Origin: Acidimicrobiia bacterium
GTDB taxonomy: Bacteria > Actinomycetota > Acidimicrobiia > Spongiisociales > Spongiisociaceae
Reading direction: 5' to 3'
Length of the DNA: 20,967 nt
Assembly (NCBI GenBank): GCA_041576165.1
Contig: JBFGLM010000071.1
Location: forward strand, 1-20,967
Below, piece after piece: positions 16,884-20,967 of the stretch (position 1 is the first letter of the stretch; each line of letters begins with the position of its first letter). A program made the translations under genes and the position numbers. The notes under the pieces were generated by a model. The model saw only the letters and a list, made by a program, of their open reading frames with translations, was not told the origin of the DNA and made no database searches.

Positions 16884-17426
16884 GTGGGCGACCCACCGAC
16901 GTTTTCCTCCATCCGCACCAAGGCCGTCGACCAGGCGTTGCGGTCCGAGATTGTGCGGCTCTGTACCGCTGCCCACCATGAACAGGACTTCGAGAACCTG
17001 TTCTTCTATCTTCCGGCAGACGGTCTTCACGCGCTCGCTTCAGATGCTGAGCAGCTGGTGGGACATGCCGGTGTCATGACGAGATGGCTTCAACCCAAGA
17101 CCCGCCGACTCCTTCGCACGGCCTATGTCGACGCCGTAGCAACGCCTCCCGAACATCAGGGTCGCGGAATTGGCAGTGCGCTCATGCAGTATCTGGCGAC
17201 TGCGGTCACCGACTGTGAGATCGGTTGTCTCGAAACTGACGATCCAGGGTTTTATCGGCGTCTCGCCTGGGAGGAGTGGAGAGGGCCACTTGGCGGTCGG
17301 TCAGAACAGCGGCTGATCCCCACGCCTGACCAGAAGGGAATCATGATCCTCAGGATGCCGGCCACCCCCCGACTCGACCCGGGCCAGCTTCTCACCATCG
17401 GGGCTAATGAGCTGCGGATCTGTTGA
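16884..17426 (+). CDS. GNAT acetyltransferase, aminoglycoside 2'-N-acetyltransferase AAC(2')-like
   Basis: LVGHAGV, LRTAYVDAVAT, acetyl-CoA motif HQGRGIGSALM and FYRRLAWEEWRGPL. Start codon uncertain. Confidence 0.8.
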   Translation: MGDPPTFSSIRTKAVDQALRSEIVRLCTAAHHEQDFENLFFYLPADGLHALASDAEQLVGHAGVMTRWLQPKTRRLLRTAYVDAVATPPEHQGRGIGSALMQYLATAVTDCEIGCLETDDPGFYRRLAWEEWRGPLGGRSEQRLIPTPDQKGIMILRMPATPRLDPGQLLTIGANELRIC

Positions 17427-17618
17427 GAAGGATCCGCACCGCCTAATCCAGCAATCTGCGTTGGGCCAACCTTGCGAAGCAGTGTCGCCAGAAACCATGG
17501 CTGTCCGTTACCGGCCGGCCGTGGGTCAGCGCCATATGCTCACCGGCTTCCGATCTACCCGCGACTGCACCGCCACCGCATGACTATCGCAGAATCACCG
17601 CGGACGGTCAGACTCGAG

Positions 17619-17834
17619 CTAGCCGGGCGCGACGTGGGCTTGGAGTGCTGCAGCATCGGCGATCTCCCAAGCCTCGGCGACCTTGCCATCGCGCAGGTCC
17701 GTGACCATCGCCTGGTCGATCCGGAACCTACCTCCGGCTGTAGGCACACCCGCGAAGGACTCGCGCGGATCGGTCATGTCTCCAAGTCTGGCATAGCCGT
17801 CCGATGCAACCAGTTGCCTGACACGGTCCTGCAT
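17619..17834 (-). pseudogene. C-terminal fragment of a SnoaL-like ester cyclase
   Basis: SFAGVPTAGGRFRIDQAMVTDLRDGKVAEAWEIADAAAL resembles F.G.P.TG......RDGKI.E.W...D...L. N-terminal half missing. Confidence 0.6.
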
Positions 17835-17853
17835 ATTTTCATCGCTTGTCCAT

Positions 17854-18674
17854 CTATGACTCAGTCTCACGAAGAAACGAGCGGATCTCAGTGTTGCAGC
17901 GGTCGGGCGCCTGCATGTCGATCATGTGACCCGCCCCGGGGATCACGACGAGCTTCGAGTGGGCGATGTCGGCGTGGATCGGCTCCCATACCGCACGGGT
18001 CGTCCGGACGTCCCGTTCGCCGTAGAGGAGCAGAGTTGGAACGTTGACCTCGGGGAGTGTGTCACGCAGGTCGGCCTCGGCGAAGGCCTGCAGTGAGGTG
18101 CGGGTGGCGGACGGATGGAGGTCGCCGAGCATCCGGGCGAGCTCGTCGGCCAGTTTCGGATCAGACCCCTCAGGTAGGAGTGTTGCGATCAGGGCGGGTG
18201 CCCATTCGGCGGGCGGCATCTCCGAGTTGCGGCGCGTGAAACTGACACGGGCCTCGACCTCGTCTGAGGGGAGCGATCCGCCCCAACCCGCTTAGGTAGA
18301 GATGAGGATCAGGGAGCGGACCACCTCCCGATGGTGTCGGAATAGAACGAGGGCGAGGCCCCCACCGAATGACAGTCCAGCCACGTTGGCCGGTGCAAGG
18401 TCCAGCGCCTTGATGAACTCAGCCAGCCAGCGGGCCCAGTCCGAGAGGTTCGAATATTCGGGTGGATCCGACGACAGTCCGGCACCCGGAGCGTCCCACG
18501 CCACCACCCGAAACTCGTCGGAGAGATCAGCGAGTTGGCGACGCCACTCGCGGCTGTCGAGCGGCCAGCCGTGCAACAGCACGAACGGTGGCCCTCGCCC
18601 CGTTCGCGATACGCAACAGAGAGGCCGTCCACGTCGACCCGGGACACATAGTCCGTACCGGTGTTATCGCCCAT
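17854..18674 (-). pseudogene. Alpha/beta-fold hydrolase disrupted by a frameshift (about 18590) and a nonsense codon (18292-18294)
   Basis: VAYRERGEG then PFVLLHGW in a shifted frame; VVAWDAPGAGLS, nucleophile GLSFGG, LILIST*AGWGGS, PTLLLYGERD and GAGHM. The two downstream ORFs share one frame. Confidence 0.88.
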
Positions 18675-18807
18675 GACCTACACCGTACCGAAGCTGAGAC
18701 GACCTGACGGCTCGCCTCCTTGGTCGCAGCGAACAGCGCAACTTGCAGTCTCCACGATCGACCTCGACCCGGGATCATCGGAGCGGTGACCCACTTGATC
18801 GGTCCGA

Positions 18808-19526
18808 TCAGGTGGCAGCGGTGCCGACATGCTCCGTGGTGCCCCGGCTCGCCGGGTCGGCCGTCCCAAGCTTGCGCAACGTGACTCCCAGGGCGAGGAA
18901 CCATAACGTGCCGGCGATGGCTACCGGGCGCAACATGACATTGATGGTGAAGGTGGTGGGACCCTCAACGAGCAGCGCGATGCCGGCGACGGTGCCTGCG
19001 GCACCTATCGCGACAGCTGACCAGCTGATCCACCGTCGCACCGTGCCGTCTGTCAAGAAGGCGAGGCCGAGAGCGCCCACCGCCACGCCGAAGAAGGCAA
19101 GGGTTCCCATCGCGGCCAGCCCGGAATCGATGGCTTCTTCGGCGATGGCAGCTGCTCGAATGGCCTCCGCATCCGCATCTGAAGTTGCGAGTGCCGAGAC
19201 GGCGTAGCCGTCAAGAGCCCCAAAGACCGTGACGAGCAAGATACCGCCGACGAGGGCTGCGGTGGTGGCGATGTGCGCCGGTGTGGGGCAGGTGCGTTGG
19301 ATGTGCCGGCCGACGGCTATGAGACCAGCGGTCAGGAGGAGAAAGCTGAGGGCGAGCCCGAGATGGATGAAGATCCAGGTGGGTTCGGTAGCGAATTCGA
19401 ACCGGGATAGGGTGTCGGGTCTGCGTCGATCGGATGGGCGATGTTGGCGACTATGAGCAGGACGGCTCCCGAGATGAGGAGTGGGGGCGCAGCACCGAGG
19501 TTGTGACTTTGCGTTCGAGTGGTCAT
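18808..19526 (-). pseudogene. Multi-TM membrane protein (DUF4386-like) with one frameshift at about 19410
   Basis: ATG 19526 overlaps the glycosyltransferase stop (ATGA). MTTRT...LLIVANIAHPIDADPTP; adding one C continues LSRFEFATEPTWIFIHLGLALSFLLL... in frame with the 18808-19239 ORF. Confidence 0.75.
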
Positions 19527-20818
19527 CGGCTGATCCTTCCTTGGTGGAGCTGGGCGACTGCCTCGAGTTCGGCTGTTACGTCGATGGTCCTGCGTTCTTT
19601 CGCAATAGCAGCTGCCATTCGGCGGGCGTGGGTGGCGAATTCGGGGTGGGTGAGGAGACGGTCCACCGCCTTGCCGATCTTCGCCGACGAGGCTCTCGGA
19701 GACAGTCGGATCCCCGCCCCATGATGCACCACGCGGGCGGCGTTGTCGTTTTGGTCCCGTCCCATTGGGATGCAGAGGATTGGCAGCCCGGCGGCGAGGG
19801 CCTTCAGCGTGGTGCCGTGGCCGCAGTGGGTGATCACGAGCGCCGTCTGGTCGAGAATCAGGTTGTGGGGTGCAGAGGCGATCACCTGCACGTTGCGCGC
19901 CCCGGGGACCTCGTTGGCGTCCAGCATTTGGCCGAGGGTCACGACGGCTCGTACCGGACGCGTCTGGAGCGCCGCGACCACCCGCCGGAGCAGGGGGCCT
20001 TGGTCTTGGTAGGTGGTGCTGAACCCGACCAGTACGAGGGGATCGTGGTTGTCGTCGGGCCACGGCGGTTGCCACGGTTTGACCCACGACGGGTCGACGA
20101 GCATGGGTCCGAGGTAGCGGGCATTCGGCGGTGTCGATGGTGACGCGAAGTCGAAGGTGGGGCTGGTGAGTACGAGGATCCGGTCTGTGTCAAGAACCTG
20201 GTCGTAGAACGAGTCCAGCGGTTCCAATCCATGAGCGGCACGGGCCGCGCTCAGGGTCGGGAGCGCTCGGTTGAAGACCCGGTTCGCAATCGCCAGCATG
20301 ACGGTGTTGCGGGAGCGGCCGAGCACGGTCTTGGGTGGTCCGTACCCGGGTCCGATGGCCGGGGCCCCTTTTGTGGGCAGCATCCAGATGTTGGGGATCA
20401 TCGGGGCCACGGGTAGCTCGGCCGCCTGGGCGGCGATGATCGCACCGAAGAGCATGAAGTCGGGCACGACCACGTCGGGTTGGACGGCGGCGATCGCCTC
20501 CGCAGTGTCCGAAGCGAATCGCTCGGCGGGTTCGGCGACGAACACGTCGCGGACGCGGCGGAGCATGGAGAACGGGTTGTTGACTTCCCAGTCTTTGAGG
20601 AGATCCTGGCTGGGGTGGAGCGACGTGCGGTGGGGGGCGCGTTGCCAGGCCGAGAATGTGCAGCCGGCGGCGAGCGCGTCGTCTTCGACGGTCGGGTCGG
20701 CGAGCACGTGGACGGTGTGTCCGCGTTCGAGCAGCCGGCGGGCCATGGCGAGCTGGGGGGGAATGGTGCCGCCGCCTTCCCACATCGGGAACAGGAATTG
20801 CAGCGAGCGGGCCGTCAT
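19523..20818 (-). CDS. GT1-family NDP-glycosyltransferase (MGT/OleD-like)
   Basis: GGAGGA RBS before ATG 20818. LAMARRLLERGHTVHV, PDVVVPD and PLVLVGFST; donor-binding APHNLIL..VITHCGHGTTLKALAAGLPILCIPMGRDQNDNA. Confidence 0.93.
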   Translation of the reverse strand: MTARSLQFLFPMWEGGGTIPPQLAMARRLLERGHTVHVLADPTVEDDALAAGCTFSAWQRAPHRTSLHPSQDLLKDWEVNNPFSMLRRVRDVFVAEPAERFASDTAEAIAAVQPDVVVPDFMLFGAIIAAQAAELPVAPMIPNIWMLPTKGAPAIGPGYGPPKTVLGRSRNTVMLAIANRVFNRALPTLSAARAAHGLEPLDSFYDQVLDTDRILVLTSPTFDFASPSTPPNARYLGPMLVDPSWVKPWQPPWPDDNHDPLVLVGFSTTYQDQGPLLRRVVAALQTRPVRAVVTLGQMLDANEVPGARNVQVIASAPHNLILDQTALVITHCGHGTTLKALAAGLPILCIPMGRDQNDNAARVVHHGAGIRLSPRASSAKIGKAVDRLLTHPEFATHARRMAAAIAKERRTIDVTAELEAVAQLHQGRISR

Positions 20819-20967
20819 GAGTTGTCCTCCTGGTCGCGGTCGATGGTGCAGATGACCCCGGCCACGAGACGCCGGATGATCTGTTCGGTGACGCCGGGGG
20901 TGTAGTCGAAGTCGCGCCGGAGCAGCTTCCACTGCATGACGTCTGTGGCGGCGTACAGAGCCATCAC
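20815..20967 (-). CDS. TetR/AcrR-family regulator, C-terminal part (5'-truncated by the window edge)
   Basis: Not in the ORF track. Reads VMALYAATDVMQWKLLRRDFDYTPGVTEQIIRRLVAGV...*, and the D-V-x-x-W-K-L-L-R pattern is typical of a TetR C-domain subgroup. The stop overlaps the GT start (ATGA). Confidence 0.7.
   Translation of the reverse strand: MMALYAATDVMQWKLLRRDFDYTPGVTEQIIRRLVAGVICTIDRDQEDNS

Noticed and set aside
18292-18294. In-frame stop as selenocysteine, pyrrolysine or other recoding
   Set aside because: The codon is TAA, not TGA or TAG, and the gene also carries a frameshift.
1-20967. CRISPR array, tRNA, rRNA, long direct repeats, and the many Arg/Pro-rich overlapping ORFs
   Set aside because: No regularly spaced repeats or RNA-gene signatures seen by eye; the overlapping ORFs are shadow frames typical of high-GC DNA.

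Overview
GC-rich bacterial accessory region. The gene content (SLH proteins, class F sortase with a DUF4397 substrate, LVIVD protein, TetR/GT1) suggests an actinobacterium, possibly Acidimicrobiia-like; this is inference only. Intact genes: NarL-type two-component pair (kinase partial), a lipoprotein-signal SagB-like nitroreductase directly followed by an orphan NqrB/RnfD-family membrane protein, a single-HA-domain protein, an unknown lipoprotein, an LVIVD-repeat secreted protein, an SLH protein with a degenerate CHRD-like domain, a membrane-anchored beta-lactamase-fold serine hydrolase, a DUF5661-like protein, a DUF4397 protein plus class F sortase behind a SigK-like promoter, an AAC(2')-like GNAT, and a TetR-GT1 glycosyltransferase-membrane protein operon. 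Between these lie many decayed remnants: SLH-GerMN, TPR, IS21 istB with a terminal inverted repeat, AAA_28 ATPase, two SnoaL-like fragments, an alpha/beta hydrolase and a frameshifted membrane protein. No rRNA, tRNA or CRISPR array was seen. The best candidate for an undescribed system is the exported nitroreductase plus orphan RnfD-like pair. All family calls come from motif recognition by eye, not database searches.
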